Origin: an uncultured bacterium
GTDB lineage: Bacteria; Cyanobacteriota; Vampirovibrionia; Gastranaerophilales; Gastranaerophilaceae
Assembly: GCA_902783835.1 (NCBI GenBank)
Contig: CACZSN010000019.1
Location: forward strand, 25,301-89,300
DNA length: 64,000 nucleotides
Reading direction: 5' to 3'
This document shows positions 1 through 9,013 of the stretch, piece by piece (the first letter of the stretch is position 1; the number at the start of each line of letters is the position of its first letter). The translations under genes were made by a program, and so were the position numbers. The notes beneath the pieces are model-generated. The model had not been told where the DNA came from. It saw only the letters and a list, made by a program, of their open reading frames with translations, and did not search any database.

Positions 1-397
1 GCGTATGAACGTGGGTATTTATGTATACGGGTTTTATGCCGGCCGAAAGGATTTTTTCAATTTGTGCGATGAATTCATCTTCAACCGCGGATAAAAATTT
101 CTTATCGTAAGATTTTAAAAGCATATTTATATAAGAATTATTAAAAATGCCGTTTTCGTTTGTCAAAACAGATTTTCCGTTTTGTGTTAAAGATTTACAC
201 TCAATGATATCGAGGTGAACTCCGATTTCCAAATCGGGGTGTGTCTTTATAACATTTTCAACAGCATCGTCAAACGCTTCACCGTCTGCCATAAGACAAC
301 TGCTTGTCAAAATTCCGTTTTCAATACATTCTTTAATTGCATAATTTGTTTCTTTATCAATCCCTAAATCATCGGCAGTAGTGATAATTTTCTTCAT
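1..397 (-). CDS. ChbG/YdjC-family carbohydrate deacetylase (N-terminal part only; ORF runs off the left edge)
   Basis: Absent from the ORF track because it has no in-window stop. Reverse-complement translation from the ATG at 397 gives MKKIITTADDLGIDKETNYAIKECIENGILTSSCLMADGEAFDDAVENVIKTHPDLEIGVHLDI. This fits the YdjC-family N-terminal ADD(F/L)G...G(V/L)HL pattern. Confidence 0.7.
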   Translation of the reverse strand, partial: MKKIITTADDLGIDKETNYAIKECIENGILTSSCLMADGEAFDDAVENVIKTHPDLEIGVHLDIIECKSLTQNGKSVLTNENGIFNNSYINMLLKSYDKKFLSAVEDEFIAQIEKILSAGIKPVYINTHVHT

Positions 398-444
398 TTG
401 TAGTATAATCCTTTTGGAGAGTATTATATTACAAAGGTATAAAA

Positions 445-1401
445 ATGTTAAATCCTAAGATTTCGATTGTGATTCCCGCATATAACGAAGAAGAAATTTT
501 GCAAAAAACTATCGATAAAATGGAAAATCTCTTAAAAAAACTTGTCGAAAAAGGTGTATTATCCGACGAAAGTTATCTTTTGTTCGTAAATGACGGAAGT
601 GCGGATGCGACTTGGGATATAATTAAAGACGCAAACAAAAAAAATTCTGCAATAAAAGGAATTAAGTTTTCAAGAAATTTTGGAAATCAAAGTGCTATCC
701 TTGCCGGATATCTTTCAGCGAAAAAAATCGGTTGCGATGCCGTAATTACAATCGATGCAGACCTTCAGCAAGATGTTAATAAAATAGAAGATTTCGTAAA
801 TGCTTACAAAGAAGGCTATGATGTTGTTTGCGGTGTCAGAAATTCTTATACAAAAAAATTCAGCTTAAAAAGCGTGACATCATCGATGTTTTATAAATGT
901 ATGAACTTTTTAAATGTTCCTTTGAAGCCAAACCACTCGGAATACAGACTTTTGAGCAAAAAAGCTTTGGATATTCTTGATGAATACAAAGAAATAAATA
1001 TTTTTATAAGAGGTTTGGTTTATTCTCTCGGATTAAAAACGAAATATATCAATTACGATATATCAAAAAGAGAATTGGGAAAATCAAAATTTAATTTTTA
1101 TTCTCTGTCAAAAATGGCATTAAACGGAATGGTATCGTTTAGCACAAGACCTTTGGATATAGTGTTTCTCATCGGTGCGGTCATTTCATTTTTAAGTTTG
1201 GTATTTGCAATATTGTTTATAATCGGAAATATTTTTGACGTAAAACTTATCACCAATGACATAGGTCCGTTCAGAATTTGGCAAATATTTGTTGCCGGCT
1301 TGCAAATATTCTGTATCGGTGTAGTCGGAGAATATATCGGACAAATTTTGAGAGAAGTCAAAGGTCGTCCGAGATATATTATTGACGAAGAAATAATTTA
1401 A
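445..1401 (+). CDS. Family-2 glycosyltransferase, polyprenyl-phosphate sugar transferase type (GtrB/ArnC/DPM1-like)
   Basis: 318-aa ORF with GT-A motifs ISIVIPAYNEE, VNDGSAD and ITIDADLQ. Two hydrophobic C-terminal helices, as in GtrB/ArnC-like enzymes. Confidence 0.8.
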   Translation: MLNPKISIVIPAYNEEEILQKTIDKMENLLKKLVEKGVLSDESYLLFVNDGSADATWDIIKDANKKNSAIKGIKFSRNFGNQSAILAGYLSAKKIGCDAVITIDADLQQDVNKIEDFVNAYKEGYDVVCGVRNSYTKKFSLKSVTSSMFYKCMNFLNVPLKPNHSEYRLLSKKALDILDEYKEINIFIRGLVYSLGLKTKYINYDISKRELGKSKFNFYSLSKMALNGMVSFSTRPLDIVFLIGAVISFLSLVFAILFIIGNIFDVKLITNDIGPFRIWQIFVAGLQIFCIGVVGEYIGQILREVKGRPRYIIDEEII

Positions 1402-1548
1402 TTTTATACCAAAACTTACGTCATTACGTTCGTTTAGGACCGTTTATTTCTGTAATTTACGGTCATATTCCGCGGACGTTTGGTTTTCAAAAATAAATCG
1501 TATCGGATGAAGTTTTTTCAATAGTAATGAATGTTTCAAAGATTTTTC

Positions 1549-1576
1549 TTGCCTAATAAAAATCATTGTGTATAAT
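1549..1576 (+). promoter_or_regulatory. Candidate sigma70-type promoter upstream of the SNF2 helicase gene
   Basis: TTGCCT (1549-1554), 16-nt spacer, TATAAT (1571-1576), about 55 nt upstream of the ORF start. Confidence 0.35.
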
Positions 1577-1631
1577 CAAACTATAAGGGACGTGAACCTG
1601 TCCGTGGACTGTAAATTCAGTTTATCGGGAT

Positions 1632-4600
1632 TTGGATAGGAACAAAGAAAATAACCGAATGAGTAATGTGTATTTAAACCATAAATTCCTCAAAGATAAT
1701 GCGAAGCCCGGAAGTTGGCGAAGAGGATATGAAGTTTATCAAAAAAATCTCGTACAAGATGTTAAATTAACGAGAAATGTACTGTCTGCTATTGTTAAAG
1801 GAAGTTACAAAGACCATTATGATGTGACTTTGAAATTCCAAAAAGGACAAATTATTCCGAGTTGTACATGTCCGTTGAAAGAAGAATGGTGTAAACACGT
1901 TGTGGCACTTGGGCTGACGGCAATCGACAATCACATTTATGATGAATATGCCGAAAAAAAATACAAGATGCAAATTGATTATTCAGACGAAATTGCAGAC
2001 CCGCTTGAAAATCCTCAAGGTTCTTACGTTTTCCACTTCAATCCCAAACGTCGTCAAAATTTCTTCTCGATTTTGGTTATGGAACGTGAAACAGGAAAGG
2101 TCGTTCGTGATTTAGAAGGTCTTTTCAAAAAAATCATTGAAAAACAAAGAAACGGCGAAGATTTAGAATTAAATTATTTGCAAAAAGTGAATCTTGAAAT
2201 TTTCAAAATGCTTTTGACTCAATCAAGATTGGATAAACGAGCAGGTTGGTATGACGTACCGATATTGAAGTTTGACCCATTTTTCAAAATGCTCTCAAAG
2301 GCAGAAGAAGTTATTGACGGAAAAACGAAAGCGAAACTCAGATTTACGCATGACGTTTGGACTTTAGGAGTCGGAGTAAACTTCTCAATGGTCGGAAACG
2401 TGCTTGCTTCCTTGTATTGGAAACGTCCTGACCGAGATGATATTTTGCCGTTTGAAGAAGTTCGATATTTCTCGAGACAACTTCAATGGGGTCGTTATAA
2501 AAACCTCATTTTTCCGACAAATATTGCCGTTTCGGCACTTCCGCAAAACTTAACCAAAGCATCATTCACAGACATCAAAGATGCTGAAGGTGCAAAATTT
2601 ATTTATGAAGAATTGCCGAAATTAAAACAGATTACAGACGTCGAAACGACCGAAGCGATTGAAAAACTTGCACTTGAAGAATCTCACCCGCTCAACGTTG
2701 TTTCGCTCGGATTGGACTATGACGGCTCGCTCAAGGCGACTTTGGAATTTGATTATAACGGAACAAGAGTTCCTTACAGCAAACAAGACAAAACGCCTTA
2801 TGTCACGGTCAAAAAGCCTAAAGAGGACTTGCTTTACTACGTCAAACGTAACAAATTGCACGAGGAACAAGCATATCAGATGCTTTTGAGTTGCAAATTT
2901 GCCCCGATGCAAACGAACAATCTCGTAATGGAACGTGAAAACGCTATCGATTTTTACAATTATTACAAACCAAAAGCAGGTGCTGATTGGATTTTCGAAG
3001 AAAAAGACAACATGAGTTTCTTCAAACTTGCCCAAAATCCGTTCGAACTTTGTGCATCACTTGATTTTTGCGAAGAGTCAAAAGATAGTTTCATTATTGA
3101 ATTGTACGGAAAAATCGGAGATGAGATTATTTCGTTTAACGATATTTACGAAATGGTTTTGGACAATAACAAGTATTTCAAGGTCAAAGGTCAAGGTTTT
3201 GTTGAACTTCCCGTACAGGAAATTTTCTCGTTGATGAAATCTTTCAATACGATTGACGTTTATCGAAACGATGAAAATAAATATGTCGTAAAGACTTACC
3301 GTGCGGGCATTGTGTCCGAAATGCAAAACCTTAAAATGACTCTTAAAATGAGCCGTAAATTTTCTAAATTTTGGAAGCAAATTTCGACTTTCTCGGAAAT
3401 GGACGGGGTTGCACTTCCTAAGGGCATTAACGCTGAATTCCGTGAATATCAGACGAAAGGTTTCAGTTGGTTATGGTTCTTGTATCAATATGGCTTAAAC
3501 GGCATATTGGCAGACGATATGGGTCTTGGTAAAACTTTGCAGGCATTGGCATTGATTCAAAAGGCTAAAGAAAAGGATAAACAAGCACCAAACCTCGTAG
3601 TTTGCCCGACTTCAGTCGTTTTCAACTGGGAAAATGAAATCCAAAAGTTTGCACCTAAAATGAAGTGCCTGAAACTTGCTGGTGTTGAAAGAAAAGAATT
3701 TTTCAAAGAAATTGATAAATATGACGTTGTTATAACGAGTTATGCACTTGTCAGACGGGATATTGACGAACTTGTTAAGCACAATTTCAGATATATCATT
3801 CTTGATGAATCACAAAACATCAAAAATGCTGACAGTTTGACTGCACAAAGCGTCAAGAAGTTGCAATCGTCGCATAAATTGGCTCTTTCGGGTACTCCGA
3901 TTGAAAACAGACTTGAAGAACTTTGGTCAGTATTTGACTTCCTCATGCCAGGGTTCTTGTTTGAGGAAAATGAATTCAATTACCGTTATGTAACACCGAT
4001 TACTGAACGTGACGATAAGATTGTCGAAAAACGTTTGAAATCACAAATTTATCCGTTCATTTTGAGACGTATGAAACGTGACGTTGCGAAGGATTTGCCG
4101 GACAAAGTGGAAAACATCGCATACTGCGAACTTACGCCCGAACAAAAAGATTTTTACCTCGAAGTTTTGGACAGCACAAAAGAAGAACTTTTCAAATCTA
4201 TCGAACAAAACGGTTTGGAAAAAAGCAGACTCTCAATCTTCTCGGCATTGTTACGTTTACGTCAAATTTGTTGTCACCCGAAACTTTACGACAAAGAGGG
4301 CAAAAAAGGAAATATTCAATCGGGTAAATTTGAACAACTCAAATCGATGCTCGAACAAATTATCGAAGAAAAACACAGAGTTTTGTTGTTCAGCCAATTT
4401 GTCGATATGCTCGATATCATTAAGGCTTGGCTCGAAAAAGAAGGTATTAAACACGAATATCTTACAGGTAAAACGAAAAACCGTGGCGAAGTCGTCGAAA
4501 GATTTAATTCCGACCCGACAATTCCGATATTCTTAATCAGTTTGAAAGCCGGCGGAACAGGTTTGAACTTGACCGGTGCGGATTATGTAATTCACTATGA

Positions 4601-4832
4601 CCCTTGGTGGAATCCTGCCGTCGAAGATCAAGCAACAGACCGAGCTTACCGTATCGGTCAAACTAAAAAAGTTTTTGTATACAGAATTATCACCAAAGGT
4701 ACTGTTGAAGAAAAAATTCAAAAACTTAAACAACAAAAGAGAAATCTTGTGGATTCAGTAATTTCAGTTGACAGAAACATCGGAAAGAGCCTGAGTTACG
4801 CAGATTTGCAAGATATTTTCTCACTTGATTAA
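1632..4832 (+). CDS. SNF2-family helicase/ATPase with N-terminal SWIM zinc finger
   Basis: 1066-aa ORF. SWIM CxC...CxH motif (SCTCPLKEEWCKHVVAL). SNF2 motifs ILADDMGLGKT, ILDESQNIKN and SGTPIENR. C-terminal helicase motifs LISLKAGGTGLNLTGA and DPWWNPAVEDQATDRAYRIGQ. TTG at 1632 gives the longest ORF; ATG at 1659 is an alternative start. Confidence 0.85.
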   Translation: MDRNKENNRMSNVYLNHKFLKDNAKPGSWRRGYEVYQKNLVQDVKLTRNVLSAIVKGSYKDHYDVTLKFQKGQIIPSCTCPLKEEWCKHVVALGLTAIDNHIYDEYAEKKYKMQIDYSDEIADPLENPQGSYVFHFNPKRRQNFFSILVMERETGKVVRDLEGLFKKIIEKQRNGEDLELNYLQKVNLEIFKMLLTQSRLDKRAGWYDVPILKFDPFFKMLSKAEEVIDGKTKAKLRFTHDVWTLGVGVNFSMVGNVLASLYWKRPDRDDILPFEEVRYFSRQLQWGRYKNLIFPTNIAVSALPQNLTKASFTDIKDAEGAKFIYEELPKLKQITDVETTEAIEKLALEESHPLNVVSLGLDYDGSLKATLEFDYNGTRVPYSKQDKTPYVTVKKPKEDLLYYVKRNKLHEEQAYQMLLSCKFAPMQTNNLVMERENAIDFYNYYKPKAGADWIFEEKDNMSFFKLAQNPFELCASLDFCEESKDSFIIELYGKIGDEIISFNDIYEMVLDNNKYFKVKGQGFVELPVQEIFSLMKSFNTIDVYRNDENKYVVKTYRAGIVSEMQNLKMTLKMSRKFSKFWKQISTFSEMDGVALPKGINAEFREYQTKGFSWLWFLYQYGLNGILADDMGLGKTLQALALIQKAKEKDKQAPNLVVCPTSVVFNWENEIQKFAPKMKCLKLAGVERKEFFKEIDKYDVVITSYALVRRDIDELVKHNFRYIILDESQNIKNADSLTAQSVKKLQSSHKLALSGTPIENRLEELWSVFDFLMPGFLFEENEFNYRYVTPITERDDKIVEKRLKSQIYPFILRRMKRDVAKDLPDKVENIAYCELTPEQKDFYLEVLDSTKEELFKSIEQNGLEKSRLSIFSALLRLRQICCHPKLYDKEGKKGNIQSGKFEQLKSMLEQIIEEKHRVLLFSQFVDMLDIIKAWLEKEGIKHEYLTGKTKNRGEVVERFNSDPTIPIFLISLKAGGTGLNLTGADYVIHYDPWWNPAVEDQATDRAYRIGQTKKVFVYRIITKGTVEEKIQKLKQQKRNLVDSVISVDRNIGKSLSYADLQDIFSLD

Positions 4833-4837
4833 ATTAC

Positions 4838-4865
4838 TTGATAAAAAACTTTGATTTAATATAAT
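4838..4865 (+). promoter_or_regulatory. Candidate promoter for tRNA-Thr
   Basis: TTGATA (4838-4843), 16-nt spacer, TATAAT (4860-4865), 12 nt upstream of the tRNA 5' end. Confidence 0.45.
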
Positions 4866-4877
4866 TGAAGAAGAAAT

Positions 4878-4950
<73 letters not shown>

Positions 4951-4963
4951 TTTCTCAGATAAA

Positions 4964-4990
4964 AACAAGTCTGAAAAGACTTGTTTTTTT
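4964..4990 (+). terminator. Rho-independent terminator after tRNA-Thr
   Basis: 8-bp stem AACAAGTC/GACTTGTT with a 6-nt loop, followed by a run of T. Confidence 0.8.
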
Positions 4991-5032
4991 ATTTCGTTAT
5001 CTATAAATTTTTGAGTTAATATCAAAATTTTT

Positions 5033-5377
5033 CTACATTTCTTCTGCAATATGTAAGCCTTTTTGAGCCAATTTTAAAACTTCTAAATAATATTTGCGTT
5101 CCTTATCAGATTTTGCAGAATTTAGTATTTTTAAAGATTTCGTATAAATTGGGTTTTGGGTCGTGATGTCTGTTTCGTTTTCAAAGAAATTAAGTTTTAA
5201 CCCAAAAACATTTGAAAGTTTTTGCATTGTTTTATAAGAAGGAATATGTATTCCTTTTTCGATTTTAGAAAGGTGTTTGTTATCAATACCAATTTTTTCG
5301 GCTAACTGCTCTTGCGTATAGCCTGACGAAATTCGTAATTCTCGTATCATTTTTCCGATGTTATTTTCTTTGTTCAT
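5033..5377 (-). CDS. XRE-family helix-turn-helix transcriptional regulator
   Basis: 114 aa. The N-terminal segment IGKMIRELRISSGYTQEQLAEKIGIDNKHLSKIEKG is a classic Cro/C1-type HTH. About 50 aa of helical C-terminal tail. Confidence 0.8.
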   Translation of the reverse strand: MNKENNIGKMIRELRISSGYTQEQLAEKIGIDNKHLSKIEKGIHIPSYKTMQKLSNVFGLKLNFFENETDITTQNPIYTKSLKILNSAKSDKERKYYLEVLKLAQKGLHIAEEM

Positions 5378-5545
5378 GACACCCTCAATTACATTTTCGT
5401 AGAAATTTCAAGAAAAACACACAATGTACTTTACGATTTATTGTTGTTAATTTATCGTAATAAACAACGAAATAAAAATAAATCTATGATAAGATGAATC
5501 TGAAAAATAATGGTTATTATGTGTTAAATTGAAAGCGAGATTATA

Positions 5546-6046
5546 ATGTTTTGTTCAAAATGTGGAAAAGAAATAAGTGATAATTCAAAATTTTGTCAAT
5601 TTTGTGGGACAAACTTTAATACAGAAAATAGTATTGAAAATGATAATAGTATGCAAAACAAAAACAATGGTTGTTTAAAACAAATTGGTTCGGTTATTGG
5701 AGGACTTGTTTTGTTAACAATAATATATAATTTTATTTTTTCTGATTTTACAGGGTTGTTTGATGTTAATGATGGAAAAGGTGTTCATTTGGAAGTTACA
5801 GAAAGTCATTCTTGCAACATAGAATACGGAGGAAGAGCTATTTGTGGTACTGTTAAAAACAATTCAAATCATAATTTGGGATATGTACAAGTTGAGATTA
5901 ATTTATACGATAAAGCAGGAAATTTAGTAAGTAGCACATTAGACAACGTAAATAATTTAGAAGCAAATTCAATTTGGAAATTTAAAGCACCAATTATTGA
6001 AGATAATGTTTCCACATACAAAATCAAAAATGTTGTTGGCTATTAG
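5546..6046 (+). CDS. Zinc-ribbon / single-TM / FxLYD-like domain protein
   Basis: 166 aa. N-terminal CSKCG...CQFCG zinc ribbon, one TM (IGSVIGGLVLLTIIYNFIF), and a C-terminal beta-rich domain with VEINLYDKAGN resembling the FxLYD motif. Confidence 0.55.
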   Translation: MFCSKCGKEISDNSKFCQFCGTNFNTENSIENDNSMQNKNNGCLKQIGSVIGGLVLLTIIYNFIFSDFTGLFDVNDGKGVHLEVTESHSCNIEYGGRAICGTVKNNSNHNLGYVQVEINLYDKAGNLVSSTLDNVNNLEANSIWKFKAPIIEDNVSTYKIKNVVGY

Positions 6047-6048
6047 GA

Positions 6049-7476
6049 ATGAAAATTATGAAAAAAATTATTATAACTTTGGTAGTTTTATTTTCCCTAA
6101 GTAATATAGTTTATGCAGATGACAAATTTTTATTTGACGCATATTATCAATTAAATCTTGGAAAAACTTCTTATGCTGAAAAAGCAGCAAGTAGTATGCA
6201 AAATAAAAAATATAAAAAAGCCGAAAAATATATTCAAAAAAGCATTAATCTTGATTTAAAAGATAAACAGTACCTTACATACCTTGTAAAAGGAAGTTTG
6301 GAAATAAATAAAAACAATATCGATGAAGCAGAAAAAGATTTCAAAAAAGCAATAGATTACCTACAATATAATGATATTAATGATACTCCCATAAACTCTT
6401 ATATGATTTATAACGGATTAGCAAAAGTTTATTTAGCAAAAAAGGATTATCAACAAGCATTAGAATATTCTGACAAGGCTTTTGAAAGTCCTTATCTTGA
6501 AAAAGAATTTATTGAAACAAGAATTGATATATTAAAACAAGGAAATTTTGATAAAAAACCCTTTAAATATTCAAATACTATACAATGTCTTAATGTTAAA
6601 CTTGAAGCATTTATTGATGATGCTAAAGAATGGCAAAAAATGTTAGACTGGTTGGCAACGGTTGATAAAACCATTCAAGAAAATGGAAAATTTACATACG
6701 GTGAAGAAATCGATTTTTCTGATAAACAAATTAAATCAGCCGAAATAAAAAAAGAAAAATTATGTTCAGCATATCTGCAAAAATCTACAATTATGTATCT
6801 TATCGCACCAACAAAATACAAAGATATCATTTGGAAATATATGGAAGATGTGTTAAATAATCAAAATTGTCTTTCTAATCAAGTTAAATCTATGGCTAAT
6901 GGGGCAGCTGCAGAAATGCAAGAATGTTTGTTTGATAATAAATCAGAAGCAATTTCATACTATAATACAGCATTATCTTTCGATAAAAACAATCATGACT
7001 TGCATCAAAGAAAAGCAATATTATGCATAGATACAGAACAGTTTTCAGAATGTGAACAAGATATCAACTTTATAATGAATGACAATCCCCAAAAAGAAGA
7101 TTACGTGATTTCTATTTATTATCATCTTGGACTTATTAATGATGATAATTTTAATGACAATGCTGATAAAGTTATTTATTTGTGTAACAAAGGTATCGGA
7201 TACTTTCCAGATGAGCAAAAATTTTTCAAAGATATGAAAAAAACAATTGAAGATGCAAAGAAAAAATACGAAAAAGCAAAAAAAGAATATGAAATAAAAC
7301 TCGCAAAACAACAAAAGCAAGAAGCAATTCAAAGAGAAAAAGAAAGACAAGAAGAAATCAAACGGCAAAAATGGTTGCAAAAAAGACCAAACGAAAGTTG
7401 GTTATATTATTTTAAAAGAACCGGACAAGACCCGTTAGATTATCTTTTAAATTTCCCGTACGAATTATATTATTAA
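6049..7476 (+). CDS. Secreted TPR-repeat protein with Lys/Glu-rich coiled-coil tail
   Basis: 475 aa. Signal peptide MKIMKKIIITLVVLFSLSNIVYA. Several TPR-like segments (AEKDFKKAIDY, YNGLAKVYLAKKDYQQALEYSDKA, AISYYNTALSFDKNN). C-terminal KKKYEKAKKEYEIKLAKQQKQEAIQREKERQEEIKRQK. Starts 2 nt after the previous gene. Confidence 0.6.
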   Translation: MKIMKKIIITLVVLFSLSNIVYADDKFLFDAYYQLNLGKTSYAEKAASSMQNKKYKKAEKYIQKSINLDLKDKQYLTYLVKGSLEINKNNIDEAEKDFKKAIDYLQYNDINDTPINSYMIYNGLAKVYLAKKDYQQALEYSDKAFESPYLEKEFIETRIDILKQGNFDKKPFKYSNTIQCLNVKLEAFIDDAKEWQKMLDWLATVDKTIQENGKFTYGEEIDFSDKQIKSAEIKKEKLCSAYLQKSTIMYLIAPTKYKDIIWKYMEDVLNNQNCLSNQVKSMANGAAAEMQECLFDNKSEAISYYNTALSFDKNNHDLHQRKAILCIDTEQFSECEQDINFIMNDNPQKEDYVISIYYHLGLINDDNFNDNADKVIYLCNKGIGYFPDEQKFFKDMKKTIEDAKKKYEKAKKEYEIKLAKQQKQEAIQREKERQEEIKRQKWLQKRPNESWLYYFKRTGQDPLDYLLNFPYELYY

Positions 7477-7491
7477 GAAAGAGGATAAAAA

Positions 7492-8055
7492 ATGGAATTA
7501 TCAGAAAATCAACAAATTGAAACAACGAACGAAGAACAACAAAAAGAAAACAATCATTCAAAATCATTCTACACAAATAAATGGTTTTACATAAATTTAT
7601 TTATCGCACTACTTGTTATTGTTGGTTTTACATTGTATTTTTTATCACTTCCGTTTAAAAGTGAAGATGTATGTTGCAAATACAAAAGTAAATATAACAA
7701 AATTGAATGTGTCCAAACCGGAGACATCGTTCCGAATTGGTTGAACCTTGATAATGTTGATTTTCTGAATTATTTAGGATTAGGAACGAATTATTCAATG
7801 AAAATAATTTTTGAACATAATAAAAAAGATTATATTATTCTAAATATGTCAAAAAAAGAATTGATTCCGGGATTAAACAGAAAATTTATATATGAATTAA
7901 ATGAACAAACTTTTAATGATTGGATAAATTTTAAAACTTTTACAGCAAAAACAGGAACACGTTATAGTAATTGGGGTTCTGTAATTCTTTATTGCTCTGA
8001 ATCGAATTTAAAAGAAGATGTTTGTAAAAGATTAAAAAAGCAATATAAAAAATAG
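7492..8055 (+). CDS. Hypothetical single-pass membrane protein
   Basis: 187-aa ORF, co-directional and tightly spaced with 6049-7476. One TM (WFYINLFIALLVIVGFTLYFLSL). No motif recognised. Confidence 0.45.
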   Translation: MELSENQQIETTNEEQQKENNHSKSFYTNKWFYINLFIALLVIVGFTLYFLSLPFKSEDVCCKYKSKYNKIECVQTGDIVPNWLNLDNVDFLNYLGLGTNYSMKIIFEHNKKDYIILNMSKKELIPGLNRKFIYELNEQTFNDWINFKTFTAKTGTRYSNWGSVILYCSESNLKEDVCKRLKKQYKK

Positions 8056-8064
8056 ATGCTATAG

Positions 8065-8084
8065 GATTTTAAGAAAATCTTTTT
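8065..8084 (+). terminator. Weak AT-rich hairpin plus T-run after 7492-8055
   Basis: GATTTT-AAG-AAAATC followed by TTTTT. A very AT-rich stem, so only tentative. Confidence 0.3.
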
Positions 8085-8160
8085 CGGTGTACTTTTTGGG
8101 AAAACTTTTCGAAAAATGTACACCTTGCTTTTTATGCAATATTTGAGTTTTTCTCTTATT

Positions 8161-8523
8161 TTATGACTTTTTCAAGCTTTCCACAATTCTCGTAACGATT
8201 TTTTTATCCTCAGAAGATAAATTCATAATCGATATAAACAATGTTTTTAATTCCTGATTACAGCTTATTTCTTCTGCAATTACTCCTGTTTCTTTATCTA
8301 AATAAAATGGTTCGCATCCTCCCTTATTATTCAGCAAATCGTCCAATGTTACATTGAATGCCTGTGCCAGTTTATTTAATGTCGACAATTTCGGATTCTT
8401 TGTCTTCCCCGAAGAAATCCTGTTAATAGTGCCAAGAGGAAGATTCGTCTTTGCGGCAATATCCTCATTCGTCATCTTTAATTCTTTTTTATATTGATAA
8501 AATTTTTTAAATAAATCGTCCAT
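8161..8523 (-). CDS. XRE-family HTH regulator (CI-like position in a divergent pair)
   Basis: The HTH segment is MTNEDIAAKTNLPLGTINRISSGKTKNPKLSTLNKLAQAFNV. I prefer the ATG at 8523 (MDDLFKK...) because AAGAGGAA lies just upstream. The track ORF extends to 8574. Confidence 0.75.
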   Translation of the reverse strand: MDDLFKKFYQYKKELKMTNEDIAAKTNLPLGTINRISSGKTKNPKLSTLNKLAQAFNVTLDDLLNNKGGCEPFYLDKETGVIAEEISCNQELKTLFISIMNLSSEDKKIVTRIVESLKKS

Positions 8524-8704
8524 CGTTCCTCTTACTAATATTCTAATAATAAAAACTTCCATGATAGTTTTCAATATTTAAATATTAATATTTTAGCCTT
8601 TATTAATTGTTTTTTTAAATCTAAGTATCGAAAATTATAATACTTTACAATTTTCTGACGGTGTTTTATTGTTGATTTTGCGAACATATTATAAAAAACT
8701 ATCA

Positions 8705-8722
8705 TGTAAATTTTTGTTTACA
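8705..8722. promoter_or_regulatory. Inverted repeat between the divergent XRE genes (possible operator)
   Basis: TGTAAA-TTTTTG-TTTACA, 29 nt upstream of the ATG at 8751. AT-rich, so chance occurrence is plausible. Confidence 0.2.
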
Positions 8723-8750
8723 GATAAAACGTTATCAAAAAGGAGCATAA

Positions 8751-8993
8751 ATGTTTGAAAACTTAAAGGCGGAATTGACAAGAAAAAATATGAAGTACAA
8801 AGATCTTGCCGAAAAAGCAGACATTAATATTGTGACTCTTAGACAAAAAATTAACGGAAAGTCGGAATTTAATCTTTCTGAAATTTTAAAAATTATTCAA
8901 GTTTTTCATAATAATTTTTCTTTTGAATATCTTTTCGGGGAAAACATTACGACAAAAAAAAGATTTTTGAGCAGAGAATTTGCCAAGCAATAA
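8751..8993 (+). CDS. Small XRE/Cro-like HTH protein
   Basis: 80 aa. MKYKDLAEKADINIVTLRQKINGKSEFNLSEILKI fits a Cro/C1 HTH. AAAGGAG Shine-Dalgarno sequence upstream. Divergent from 8161-8523. Confidence 0.65.
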   Translation: MFENLKAELTRKNMKYKDLAEKADINIVTLRQKINGKSEFNLSEILKIIQVFHNNFSFEYLFGENITTKKRFLSREFAKQ

Positions 8994-9013
8994 GGTTCTG
9001 ATGGCAAGTTAGG

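Noticed and set aside
1632-4832. The SNF2 helicase as part of a DISARM/BREX-like defence system.
   Set aside because: None of the required partner genes (methyltransferase, PLD/DUF1998, PglZ and so on) is adjacent. The neighbours are a GT2 gene and a tRNA.
8086-8124. A long-loop hairpin (GGTGTAC...GTACACC) between convergent genes, as a second terminator or small RNA.
   Set aside because: It has only a 7-bp stem with a 25-nt loop and an imperfect T-run. It is not distinguishable from chance in AT-rich intergenic DNA without expression data.
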